From NCBI GenBank assembly GCA_032718475.1, contig JAUCBJ010000649.1:1-53648 (forward strand): a stretch of DNA of 53,648 nucleotides. Reading direction: 5' to 3'. How positions within the stretch are numbered: position 1 is the stretch's first letter; each line of letters opens with the position of its first letter. Shown here piece by piece: positions 1 through 11,938 of this stretch. The stretch is from Nemertoderma westbladi. Its lineage: Eukaryota > Animalia > Xenacoelomorpha. The notes below the pieces were generated by a model. The model was not told the origin of the DNA. It was given only the letters and a program-made list of their open reading frames with translations, and searched no databases. A program made the position numbers and the translations under genes.

Positions 1-476
1 ATTGTTTATCTTTCTTAAATAAAAACTAGATACCATAACGAAATATTTGGTAACTAACGTCTGTCAAAATGACAAGCCGTTAAAATAATCGGCATTACTA
101 TGCCCTGGATAGGGTAACCGCTTTTTGACAACTTTTTTCATGTGAAAATGGATTTTATCATAACAAGACAAAAAAAGGTAACTGACCGCCACTATAATTG
201 TTGCAACTTACATTATTATTTATTTATTTATTAAAATCAACTCAACTAGAACTAGCACTCCTCCCAAATTACGGGCGGTAATTTCTCCCGAATACGGGTA
301 TCAGTTCATCTTCAGCTTCACAAACATCTGCTATACCTTCACCACCATCTTCCTTGAATCTCTGAACAACTTGAACTGAAAGTCTGAACAACAACTGAAC
401 AACTGGTAGCCCATTTTTGTTACAGTGATAAATTAATATTATAACATATTACGATAAATATAAAAAATGAAAAATT

Positions 477-556
477 CGGACGTCCGAATTTAGCCAACAC
501 CCCCCCCCCCCCCCCCCCCCCCTGACCTCGGACGTCCTTTATCGATGCCCTCTTAA
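477..556. mobile_element. Probable terminal inverted-repeat end of a non-autonomous DNA transposon (MITE)
   Basis: GGACGTCC-polyC-GGACGTCCTTTATCGATGCCCTC followed by TTAA resembles common MITE termini. The partner end is not visible in the window. Confidence 0.3.
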
Positions 557-1419
557 CAAAACTTCTCATTAGAGTTATGTGCAGTATGATTGGGCGTACT
601 CTCAGACTGATGCCTCTGTACTTATAATTTATCTACAACTGTACAACATAAGGCCTATATGTCATCGTAGATACCTGCCAATGTATAACACCTCCAAAGG
701 ATTACAAATAATAAAACGTGAGAAGATTTGTATTTCAGACATATATTTCGCCCCCTAAGGGCAGAATGGTCTGCGTCCTCACCAAAGACGCGTAAAATTA
801 TCAACTAAAAAGGACATATGCAAACCAGTCAGCGTCGTCCCTGCTCCCCAAATATGCAGTAGTGCCAAGTATCAGCTAAAACGCATTATAAATAACGAAA
901 TGAGAGAAGGTTATCACTTTCATACATTTTCCCCCCTACCAGCAGACTGGACAGCTGCATACTGGTCAACGTCCTCCCCAAATACGCATTCATTGGTGTA
1001 ATAGACATCTGCAAAGAATCAGTTAAAAAGCATAATATACAACGAAATGGTGTAAGGATTCCTATTTCAGACATTTCCCCCCTAGCGCATTCACGCAAGC
1101 ATAAAAGAAACCCCGAAATAGCGAAGGATCACGTGCTTAGGGGTTAGGACAGTCTGCATCACGTAGATGCTCATGATGATAGAGTCAAGATAAGAGCCAA
1201 CGTGTAGTTTAGTGTGACAGACTCGTATTTGTTGAGATACTTCCATAGGCAGCACTTAAGCAGAGATAACCAACACCCTCCTGCCTGAGGTCACCTCAAG
1301 AGATGATTGGTCTGCGAGTTGCAGCTGCCTCTGCCTTGCTAACATTTTACTCTAAGCTAGGAATATACGAATCACTTTGAGATTTTGACACACAACATGT
1401 TGTGGCGAACACAAAATAC

Positions 1420-2400
1420 GCATTCACGTAAGCAAGCATAAGTGTAAAATAAGCCTCAAGATAGCGATAGTTTACGTGCTCGGGGCGAGAGCTTTCGATC
1501 AATGTATAATTTCACTCACCACAATTTCATTACCTATATAAACCAGTATGTGCTCATTATTAGCCAGTTGTCAATTTATCTGATGGCAGTAAGTGAATGA
1601 ATAGTTTCCACTGCCGTGCTAGCAAACTTATTACATTAGGCCTAATAACAGTTACCGGTGAACCGTGCAATCAACATTTGGACATTAATATTAGCACCAA
1701 AAACGGACTCTCGGCCACTCAGTCCATTACGAGGTACAAGCCATGGCAGAGCTTAGGTAACACATTCACAAAGTCGAACGGTCGGGATCCCGAGACCAAC
1801 ACATGATCCCGCACAGTAGTGGAAACTACAGCTAAAGCGACAATGATGATGAGTGGACCTGGACTCGGTGACACACCTCAGGGTACCAAGAGGAGGAGCA
1901 CTCCACCTTGAACCCCCAGCGAGAAGGATGCAACCATATGTGAGGTGGTGATACAGTGGTGCCATACCAGCCTGCTACACTGTATCAATCGGAGGAGGGA
2001 TGTGGATCAGTCGGGGTGAGGAGTGTGGATCAGTATGGGATGAGAAATGCAGCTCGACACGCGAAGATGAGGTGGTGAGTACTGGGACCACTGGCCAACA
2101 GGGGGATATATGTGGCGTGCGGCACGATGGAATGGCAGCGGGCAGGCCCACAGTACCGCCGCTGGATGAGGAGAAACCAAGGAAGTCTACCAGTGGAGGA
2201 TGAGGATGTAGATGAAAGCCAGAGATAAACACGAGGCCACAATACTACGAGGAGCCTCCTCAACAACACAAAGATGTCGGGTAAAGTAGATTTGACTAAA
2301 CTCCAGCAACAGGTTGGTTCATGTAATAAACATTTCGAGTGCTTTGTAAGGGAACACCTCTTGTAAAGGTCACTAGAGGGATATCTTTCATCGGGTGTGT
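1420..2400 (+). mobile_element. Decayed 5' remnant of a Bel/Pao-like element (LTR end near 1815 plus gag fragment)
   Basis: The LTR-end hairpin GGTCGGGATC...GATCCCGCACA|GTA matches 27577-27605. The peptide KVDLTKLQQQVGSCNKHF (~2283-2336) resembles KIDPGRLNLRLDESNKHF (~28105-28158). TATA-like CTATATAAA near 1534. Left boundary is uncertain. Confidence 0.5.
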
Positions 2401-2979
2401 GAGATACTCGATAAAGTTATTTTATAGTTCTGTAAAGTAATAATATACTTAGAGTCATATAAATGTCCAATATATTATGTAATTAATGCTTCATTATTTA
2501 TTTATACAGCTTATCATTATATATAGGATTTCTTCTACATAGGTATCATTCACTATATAGGAACGTCGTAAGTAAGTATAAAAATTATTAATATCCTCGT
2601 TCACTCAAATAGGAATGCTTATCATTGTAATATGGAGTTTCAATAACGTTTCGTTTCTTCAATAGTATTTCTTCCAAGTCTCTTCTCGATTATCTGCTGC
2701 TGTCCTATGTTAGCACTTGATACATTATGCAATAACCATCAACCGAGGTCATCCAATCCTGTAGTTCCCGCCGATGTTATCTTCTGCTGAATTATTTCCA
2801 GACTCGTTTTTGATGAGGCAGCCATTAGATCATGACTTGTAAAGTTAGTTTCGTTTTTCCATATAATAACGCTCCTGTTCCTTCGTGAAGAAATAGAATC
2901 CGAGGTGTATACCATGTCTATTGTTTCATCTGAATGTTTTCCTCCTGCCGTGTAAGATTCGAATCATAGTAACCACTTG

Positions 2980-3450
2980 TCCGGGTTTCTTTCATGGCTT
3001 TCAGAGCGTTTATGCCCCCTGAATATCTGAATTCCTGACGAGCAGCATGCATGGCATTAATATTGTCTGCAACTACAGTGCTTGTGATGTTTCCTTCTAA
3101 GGGTAGTAGTTTATTATTCTCTACTGTAGGACGCATTGGATTTTTCCCATTTGAAATCTAATTGATTGGGTGAAAACCCATTAATATTAGTTAATGCATT
3201 GTGATCAGCAACTGCCCATGCCACTGCCACATCACTTTCACATTTTTCTTGAGCCATTATCTTTTGAACATCTAAGCCAAGACCTGCATTCTGCCATATT
3301 CCTCCATGGTTATCCCAACTGGGCGTATATATTTCTCAAAATTCTCATAAGAACAAAACATCAACTGCTCCTTGACCTTTAAATATAAATTGTCCGCTTA
3401 GTTATTACTTTCTCCAGTCCGTCTTCACCGGTTAATTCAGCAATTGGTAT
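2980..3450 (-). pseudogene. GalEa-like Copia remnant, left part (gag fragment joined to an integrase C-terminal fragment)
   Basis: Minus-strand translation gives IPIAELTGEDGLEKVITK..NLYLK..YENFEKY (gag-like), then AWAV..NAL.NINGFSPNQL..LEG..TSTVVADNINAMHAARQEF (GalEa integrase C-terminus-like). It continues in frame from 23563-23672 across the element 1 insertion. Confidence 0.7.
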
Positions 3451-5629
3451 TGTAAAGTCCAGTAGTATACCGTTTACCGGATCCTAGTAATGATGTATCG
3501 TACCGTAAGATCCAGTAGTGTATACGGGCTCGTACAGTATCTGGCAATAAATCCAAGTCCAGGGTGTCTAAATAAACAGATACAAGTACGCGATCAACTA
3601 CTGGCGAGGAACAGAGCCTGGTGTCTATTCTAAATATGTGAGCGAGTCAAATGCCTGACGAACTAGACAAAAGGATACCTGTCCTCTAACCGGTGAGGCA
3701 GATGTACAGTCTACGGTGACAGACCAAACTCACGAGGAAACAATCCCCGCACAGCGAATCCTAACTATTGCTAACGGACCTAAATACCGTAAACCTGCCG
3801 CGGTGTGTTTTATATGGTTTATATACGAGCTAGTGGATTAACAGACTGGCATAACAATACTGACCAGTACTAAATCAGTCAAAGGGGGGTCGTGCCTAAT
3901 GTAACAATACTGTGAGCAGAAAAAACAGTCAAAAGGGGTCGTGCCTAAAGTAATAATACTGTCGCTCAAGTAAAACAACAGTCTAATAAGTAAATACTCC
4001 TTCTTGCCGTAACTAAATCAGATCCTAAATTTACAAGCTACGAACAGTAAAACTATAAAATAGATTCGGTCTGAAAGTAACCTAAAGTAAGCTATAACTA
4101 GTAGAGCTCTAAGGGTGCATATGTTTTAGGGCATTTGTGTGTGTGTGTATGTTATGAATAAAACAGTTTTGGCGTACTCCATTGTACTAGGTTATAGTGA
4201 ATTTCTGACCGAAACAATACCGTGCGCTAGCTACGAAAATAAGCTAGTCGCGCTCTGTAGGGCTTATACTTACAAAATGACATCAAAGCTCTCTCCTTCC
4301 TATCCACAACTCAACCGGGCAATTACGGTGTTAGTAACTACACCCGTGATCGGCACAAATACCAGATTCTGGTTGTAAGATAAGAAATAGGGGTTAATTG
4401 CTACCGTACGTTAGCTGATCTGGTATACAATTTGATTCTAGAATTTTGTTGCTGTGGTGGTTAGCAGCAATACCTATCAGTACGTGGCAAGGTGCGGTAG
4501 GATATTAATAAAACCTCCCTAGGCCAAGCGAGTGCCAGTAGCAGAAATACACCTTGCCTGATCAAATAACGTGGGTCAGGCAGGTGGGGGGGGGGGGGGG
4601 GGGGGGGGTACTAATGTATAAACTACAAAATGAACCGGTACCGAACTGTCAGTATTGCAAATCACTAAATTATGGAATGTATGCTGTCTGTACCTAATGT
4701 GTACTTGCGTACTGACGAACAGCAATAGTTCACACCTGTAGGGAATACAGGTTAATCCGGGGATTTGTCGTACTGGTTCTACTCTGAAGCTTAGTTATTT
4801 GATCCTAAATTTTGCGGCGTCCCAGGACGGCATCACGCTTACCCTGATCTATAGGTCTTACGGTGGGCAAGGGCGTCAAACAAAGTCTTACCTTCCTCTG
4901 AATCGGGTGCTGCATAGCAAAGGTATTTCGAAGGGGCGAAGGGGGTGCATGGGCTAATCTATTGTGGGCGCTAGCGTGTTGTGGACATCTTTCCCTGCGT
5001 TGCTGATGGCCTAACAGTCTAGGCAGCCATCCTCCAAATGCTTGGCTGTCCCAATAGTGGGCAAAGGGAAATATACATGTTCAAAGTTTACAGTATATTT
5101 ACGTAATTTACAAAGATTTATCAAACAAATTTAATCTAAAGATATGACAAGAAACTAATGTGATAACTAAAGTAAGTAATAACGTAATGATGTTGTTGTA
5201 ATGTGTGGAGTGATAACCGAGGGCAAACTGGCCCTTATATAGCAAATCTGGGACATATAATCCACTAGAACATTCCAGAGTATTCCATGGCCTCACATTG
5301 GAGCAATAAGATGTTCTATGCCCAATGATTGGCCCAGCTCATCGTTCCATATGTTGTACGCACCTCATTGGTTTATCTAATCAAATCAATCAAAACATAA
5401 ATAGCCCAAAAATGCAAATTTCCCGACTGGGATTCGAACTCATAACCTATCTGTAATGTAACCAACGCCTTAACCATCTGACCACTGCGCCAATAGAGTT
5501 ACCTATGGATTTATGTGTACCAATATGAATAGGCATATTACATTACTGTAATTTAATCAAAATGCGTTGGATTTTAGAAAGTTTTTACGTTAAGCTACAA
5601 ATGCTACCTTATAGTGAAATAATCCATCA
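3451..5629 (-). repeat. 3' LTR of element 1 (2179 bp)
   Basis: Direct repeat of 21404-23562 with tgtaaagtcc...aatccatca ends. About 19 substitutions in the first ~520 bp by eye (~96% identity). Confidence 0.97.
5422..5491 (-). ncRNA. tRNA-like Pol III cassette in the 3' LTR
   Basis: Minus strand has A-box TGGTCAGATGG, B-box GTTCGAATCC and a TTTTT run just downstream. The cloverleaf is imperfect. Confidence 0.55.
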
Positions 5630-5636
5630 CCGCTCC
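5630..5636 (-). promoter_or_regulatory. Short polypurine tract (GGAGCGG) abutting the 3' LTR
   Basis: The same GGAGCGG|TG junction precedes the 3' LTR of element 2, whose LTR shows no obvious similarity to this one. Confidence 0.7.
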
Positions 5637-6427
5637 ATGAAAACAGTAAGTAAGACTGTTTTCACCAATCGAAATACAAACTATTTACAAAATATCTCTT
5701 TGGTCTAATAGTTAGGCCTAAAATACAAATAATCACTATCTATGTATTGCATACTTATTATTGCAGGTACAGCGTAAATACAATCTATCATACATACAAA
5801 ATATAAATTTACCAATTAACTTTAGTACATAAAATACAAAAAAGAGGGCTTTCGGTTATCAAAATGAACAAATTAAACAAATTAGAACAAATAATTTCAA
5901 AACTTTCGATAATCTTTATATATTACAAATATATATAATAAACTTTCCAAACTAAATCTTTCCAATATAAACAAATATAATGCGCTAATAATTTCCAAAT
6001 AAGTCTTAAAGTGTCCTCCTGACGATCTCAAAGTTCATCCTGCTGGTCTAGATATCTTCTCCTGAGCACTGATTGCTAACGGTAGGCTCATAAGCCTTAC
6101 TTCTCTACCTTGCTCTTCCAAACCCAACATCCAAATATAAATATCCAAATATAAACATCCAAATATAAACATCCAACGGTAGGCTTGCAAGCCTTCCTTC
6201 TTTCACCTCGCTCTCCTAATCCTTTGTCGAACTGGCTCGTCCCTGCCCTCTAAGACGATTGGCTGGTGGTCAGGATCGAACTGGTCTCGGACTTCGGCGT
6301 CGAGCTGTCGGTGGTTCTAAAACGCTAGGAAAGAGGACGACGGGAGTCTCACACATCCGTCCGGCGCTCAATCCTCTAAATCCTCGTCCGATTCCAATCA
6401 TTCGCTTAGTAGCATCGGACCGAGTCT

Positions 6428-9400
6428 CTACAACGCTAGGAGGGAGTCTAAGGGGTGGGACCGTTCCGTCGCTGACACCTCACTCTCCGACGTCGTCTGA
6501 ATCCTCATAGGATCTGGTAGAACATATCCTGTCCCTCCACGTGGTTCTCTAGGAAGGGAAACCGTGCCCCGAGTCATCCGGATTTGGGACTTCAATGTCG
6601 TCCTCTCGGCGACATTTACTACCTTCTTTATTTTCTGTCCGGCTTTCTGGGCTCTAAGTATACTAAGTTGCGGATCTTCCTGTGGGGGACGTGTCTTTTC
6701 GGCTAACGGTGTGGTCCTGAAGCCAGTCTCACGCAAAACGTCCACCTCATCTAGAATACACGAGGTTATGCGTTTGTGATAAAATGCGCTTCGGTATGCC
6801 CAAGCTATCGAATGCCAGGCTCCTCGATTCCGCTGTTCGACTCGCAATTTGTCGAATTCTCCGGCGGTAATCTTATTCACCACAGTCTGAAAGTTCCATG
6901 TGTTCTTATTGTCGGGGTGTACCTGTAGAAAGTAGTCCCTAACAACTTTAAATCCGCTATCCAATGGCAATATATCTAGCACCTCCAAAAGTTCATCGTA
7001 TTGAGGCATAGCTGACACGTATCCGTCTTTCGACATGATGAGAGGGTTTACGGCCCAAAATCCCAAATGCGCTCTCATGGGGAAATGGCATCGCTGCGTC
7101 GACACATGCTCGTCTGCTAGATTCTCCCAATGGTCGAGTAGCTGTTTAACGATTTTAACTGACATATGCTCATAGGGAACGTCCCTAAGTTGGCACTCTG
7201 ATGCCCTATGACCTTTAATATTGCAATACAAGCACTGCGCCACGAAACACCAACAAGTGTAGAAAGTGTGTGAACGTTGATCCCCACACCAGTTGCACAC
7301 TAAATTCGGTAGAGATATGTGTTTCGCTCCACATTTCTTTGTGTGATGGCTAGTAGCCCCGCATCTGCCACAAATGGTGTTGGCAGGATACCAAACTCGC
7401 TCATAGATGAGATCTCCAATGGGGCGAGCGCTACCGTCCACGTGATAACTCTCATCATCCGGGTCAGTCGGTATATTCATCTCCATAGGTTGTACACAAA
7501 CCATGGCGTCGCTTTTCTCTAACTCGCGTATCTCAGTTCGCATCTTCCTCGGAAGGTTCTCTTCTATTTCTATGAGTTGCCGCAACGGCTCGTCTATTAT
7601 CGCGGACTCGGTCGAATCCTCATCGTCATGATGGGCGGTAGGCTCGTGAGCCTTCCAGGATCCTTCCGGGCCTTTGAATTCCGCGTGGCGTTCCCCGTCG
7701 TAGGGTACTAACGTCAACATCGACGGTCTGTCGACTAGGCTTCCCGTGTGAGTAAGATAAACATCCCTAAAAATGCTAAGTCCCGCTTGCGTGAAAACTT
7801 CGCAGTGCGCATCGGTGTTATAAAAGGGTTGGAGAAATCGGCGGAAAACATCAGTATGCATCCTTCCTCTGTCGTAAATGGTATGTCCTTCCCCGAGACA
7901 TAACGGATGTCGCTTTAGAGTCCTAGACACTACATTTGCTATGAAGCATACATTCACCGAAGATTCGATCGCCAAATAGTATTGCAAGATTATTCGTGGA
8001 GGTGAGATAATCGCCCAGTACACGCAACCTTGCCACTTCAACTGTGACTCGAACTCGTTTACGCCGGGGGTATCGCCCTCACCGTATACGTCCGTGTATT
8101 TGCTCCTCTTACTCTCTTTGTAATCCCAACTGAACATTAGATATGAGATATAACCCGTTCCAGTTTTTAGCGTGTTATACTCCCTGAAATATCCTTGCTC
8201 GATAGCCCAAAGCAACAATGGTCTAGTATCCACATATGGCGTAGGCAATCGATCCTCCTCCTCGGGCATTCCTGCGAAATCGCTAATAAGGTCATCCCAT
8301 ACACCGGATCCGATCTTGACGATACTTTTATCAAGTACAACGTCTCGCACGGCCTTTGGCAACATCCTAGCTTCTATGCTACAAGCCAGGTCCATGGATT
8401 TAACTATCCGTTTTATCATCGCGTGTCTTTGCGTCATTCCTTCCAGCATAGGCATCTTTCTGTCACTCCTCTGTCGGCTGAAGACATGTAACACTCCATC
8501 GGGTGCTTGAATTTGTATGGTCTTTGAAGTGAGGCTCTGCTGATGGCTTCCTCCTTCATTATCATAAAACATATAACCATTCTCCTGCAGAGATCGGCTC
8601 GTTGCGTCCCAATCATCGAGTAAATCGTCGGTAGGGTTCCAAATTCTCCCTATGGACTTTTCATCGTCAAAACTAATAGGGTTTCCTGTCCAATTGGTCG
8701 CAATATCGGTGTCGGTTTCGAACGTGCCGACTCCGATCCATAATCAAATCATTTTCGCCAAATATCCTCGCAAGATACAAGGTGCGATATGCGTCCCCGT
8801 GCGATCCACTTCCTTAAAGTCCGTAATATGTGGAGGCATATTGCATACGATTTCCTGAACTATTGTTCTACGCAACTCCGCCGCCTCTAACACATCACCA
8901 AAGGTAACCGATGGGAGGAAATCCAGGTTCGAAATGATCTCCGGGTGTTCAACTATGGGGATCTTGTAAGTTGTCTCCTCTCGGGTTGGTATGCTAATAG
9001 GAAAGCTGGTTGGTCTCGCGACTGGTACTACCGCTTTAGTAGGATAGGGCTGAGGTTCTCGCGTCATCTCGACATGAGGTATCTGTAGTCTCTGCGACAA
9101 ACGCTGAGCAAAGGTGATACTATCGAAGAGTTCAGGTGTCATCTCCTTAGGTTCAGTTTGATCGTAGGATATCCAGTAAAATGGTAGGCTCGTGAGCCTT
9201 CCGCCAAACTCCTCGATCTCACCTTTCTTGTACGCTTTGTACGCCCTATAGAGGCTCAAAGCTTCCCGTTTCTCTTGTGTTGACTTATTAGACTCGTCCA
9301 CTATCATACTATAGATGTCTGGTTCGACTAATTTGGGTTCGTAAATAACAATTTCGCCCGCGTTCAGTTCACTCATCTTAAACGAATGGTACGGATTCGT

Positions 9401-10013
9401 CAAAGGGTATCCGCCTTCTTGGAAACGCAGACTTTCATGGTATGAACATCGTGCTAATATCGGCTCGGGGTTCTCCGAGTTCAAGCGCATAGGAATCGCG
9501 TTGTCTTGCTCGCGCATACATCCTCCACATTTGTAAAACAGTTTATAAATGGAGAACGCGTCCTTTGTCTCTGGATCCACTCCTCGAGCGCGTCTATAAA
9601 GATGCATTCCGTCAAATTCGTCCCTAGCTGCAGGCAAGGGTTCGCTCGCCGTCAAATATTGCAGTGTATGATATAATCGGCATATCTCCGTGTCTGGATC
9701 CTTGCAAATGTCACTGGCGTCGCATAACGCATCGTAGGGATACAACGCATTGAACTCCGCGCATAACTCCTCCGCTCTTTTGTTATAAGCGTCCAATCCC
9801 TGTTGCGTAACATTCGGGTCCGCCTTGGATTTAGAGAGCTTGGCTGCACTCCTAGCCATACTCTCCACTCCAAACACATTAAAGTTGTTGGCTCCGTAAC
9901 GATTAAACGGTGCCTGGTGCTCCTGTTCCTGTGTAAATCCATGACGTAACTCCTTATAAATCTTCTCCGCCATCACATACGCGTATATATGGTTACATAT
10001 CGTTACGTTTCTA
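6428..10013 (-). CDS. Accessory protein: N-terminal CxxC..CxxH region, DEDDy 3'-5' exonuclease and three CCHC-type zinc knuckles (one internal TGA at 8744-8746)
   Basis: The 410-aa and 714-aa ORFs are in one frame, separated by a single TGA and 57 open codons. Motifs: ExoI ISFDDE, IQIQAPDG, LPKAVRDVVLDKSIVKIGSGVWDDL (ExoII), YVDT, W..SPP..LQYYLAIE (ExoIII, D replaced by E). Knuckles: CGRCGATSHHTKKC, CNWCGDQRSHTFYTC, CLYCNIKGHRASEC. Branch point CTAAC (10036-10040) and acceptor at 10013/10010. Confidence 0.8.
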
Positions 10014-10689
10014 CTAGATGAAGCACAAAATAGAGGTTAGATGTGAGGATACTTCGAGTTTTGTCGGCTTTTGGCTCAACTTTGCTCTAAAACCCCTACC
10101 CATTTGCCTAATGACTTTGGGTTTTGCGTGATTTCGCACTGGCTCCTAATCCAAAAAATGTGCCGATAAAAAACGAATTCCAGGTAAACTAGCCGCGAGT
10201 CTAAAATACTCACCTTTTAATTTCCCAAACTACTTACCAAAGAAAATTTTGCAGTCGAGAATTAATTTGGTCTAAGATAATAGTAGACACGACTACGTAG
10301 AATAAGGCCGATTTTCTTTTCCAAAAAAATTTATCGGTAGGCTCGCAAGCATTCCATCCGCTCTTGTCCTCCCCAATTTTTATTTTTATCTAGCTGTATT
10401 CTAGAATTCGCATTCACTGGAGAACCATTTTTCTTAAATTTAAATCCAACCAAATGGATTTGTCTAATAATTTTTGAAAATTGTCTCACTTGTGGGTTCC
10501 AAGTGGAATTCCATTCCTACTGTACACACAATCCCGCTCCTATGTGATACATAAGGGTACTACCCTCCATGTTCACATATAAAGACAATGGAATTCCACC
10601 GCTGTCTCTATCTACAGTGAAGAGGAATACAATGCATATACAGTAATACAAAATACTAAATTACTAAAATACGGTAAGGCTATGTGGCA

Positions 10690-11912
10690 TAGGGTAGGTC
10701 GATTTTTACTTTTTTTGGATATCTAGATTTTCTCATTGATAAAAAGTGGCCTTGGGTCCTAAAACTTTGTAGAAACGAAATTTTAACTCCTAAAAATTAT
10801 GTTTGACCCCTGCACTGGACGTCGTCCAGTTCCCGCCCTAGCCGCTAGTGAGTCATTTTCCCAATTATTGTGATGATCAACTTCTAGTATTCCTACCGCA
10901 TTGATATTATGCTCATTAGAACCGCAATGACCGATTTAGTTGGTGTAGACACCTTCAAAACAAGCATAGAGCGCTAAAAATTATGTTTGACCCCTGCACT
11001 GGACGTCGACAAGTTCCCGCCCTAGCCGCTAGTGAGTCATTTTCCCAATTATTGTGATGATCAACTTCTAGTATTCCTACCGCATTGATATTATGCTCAT
11101 TAGAACCGCAATGACCGATTTAGTTGGTGTAGACACCTTCAAAACAAGCATAGAGCGAGTAGTTTTTGAGATATTGCAGAATATGTGAAGTCCGGTACAA
11201 GTCAACATTAGCGCCTTGATGCGGTATTGACAAATACACTAAAAATGATACTTTTAATTATCTCAAGGCATCCACAATTTACACATAACTGCAGTGATCA
11301 ATTTAGGGGATGTTGAAACTCTAATAATATGAGTTCAGTGATTAGTTCTCGAGTTATTGTACAAAACGTCTGGACTGAGTCAGCTCAATATAAGGTCATT
11401 AATTGGTGGACCTAACCTTGACATTTTGTACAATAACTCGAAAACTAATCACTCAATTAATATTTTTAGAGTGTCAACATCCCCTAAATTGATCATTGCA
11501 GTTATGTGTAAATTGTGGATGCCTTGAGATAATTAGAAGTATCATTTTTAGTGTATTTGTCAATACCGCATCAAGGCGCTAATGTTGACTTGTACCGGAC
11601 TTCACATATTCTGCAATATCTCAAAAACTACTCGCTGTGTGCTTGTTTTGAAGGTGTTTACACCAACTAAATCGGTCATTGCGGTTCTAATGAGCATAAT
11701 ATCAATGCGGTAGGAATACTAGAAGTTGATCATCACAATAATTGGGAAAATGACTCACTAGCGGCTAGGGCGGAAACTGGACGACGTCCAGTGCAGGGGT
11801 CAAACATGATTTTTAGGAGTTAAAATTTCGTTTCTACAAAGTTTTAGGACCCAAGGCCACTTTTTATCAATGAGAAAATCTAGATATCCAAAAAAAGTAA
11901 AAATCGACCTAC
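10690..11912. mobile_element. Foldback/MITE-like insertion with ~493-bp inverted arms
   Basis: 10694-11370 is the reverse complement of 11420-11912, apart from a 184-bp tandem duplication in the left arm (10790-10973 and 10974-11157). Spacer is 49 bp. Possible TSD TGGCA (10685-10689, 11913-11917). Confidence 0.9.
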
Positions 11913-11938
11913 TGGCAACCATCAAGGGTCCCACATCT

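Noticed and set aside
4139-5296. Short ORFs repeated in both LTRs (79 aa and 62 aa; also 22089 and 23041)
   Set aside because: They recur only because the LTR is duplicated. They have non-ATG starts and no recognisable motifs.
5422-5491. Functional tRNA gene or self-encoded RT primer
   Set aside because: Acceptor and anticodon stems do not pair well, and the 3' end is not convincingly complementary to the post-LTR sequence GTAGGGAATATTC.
6428-9976. Accessory ORF as an env gene
   Set aside because: No signal peptide, TM anchor or fusion-protein pattern is apparent; exonuclease and knuckle motifs are present instead.
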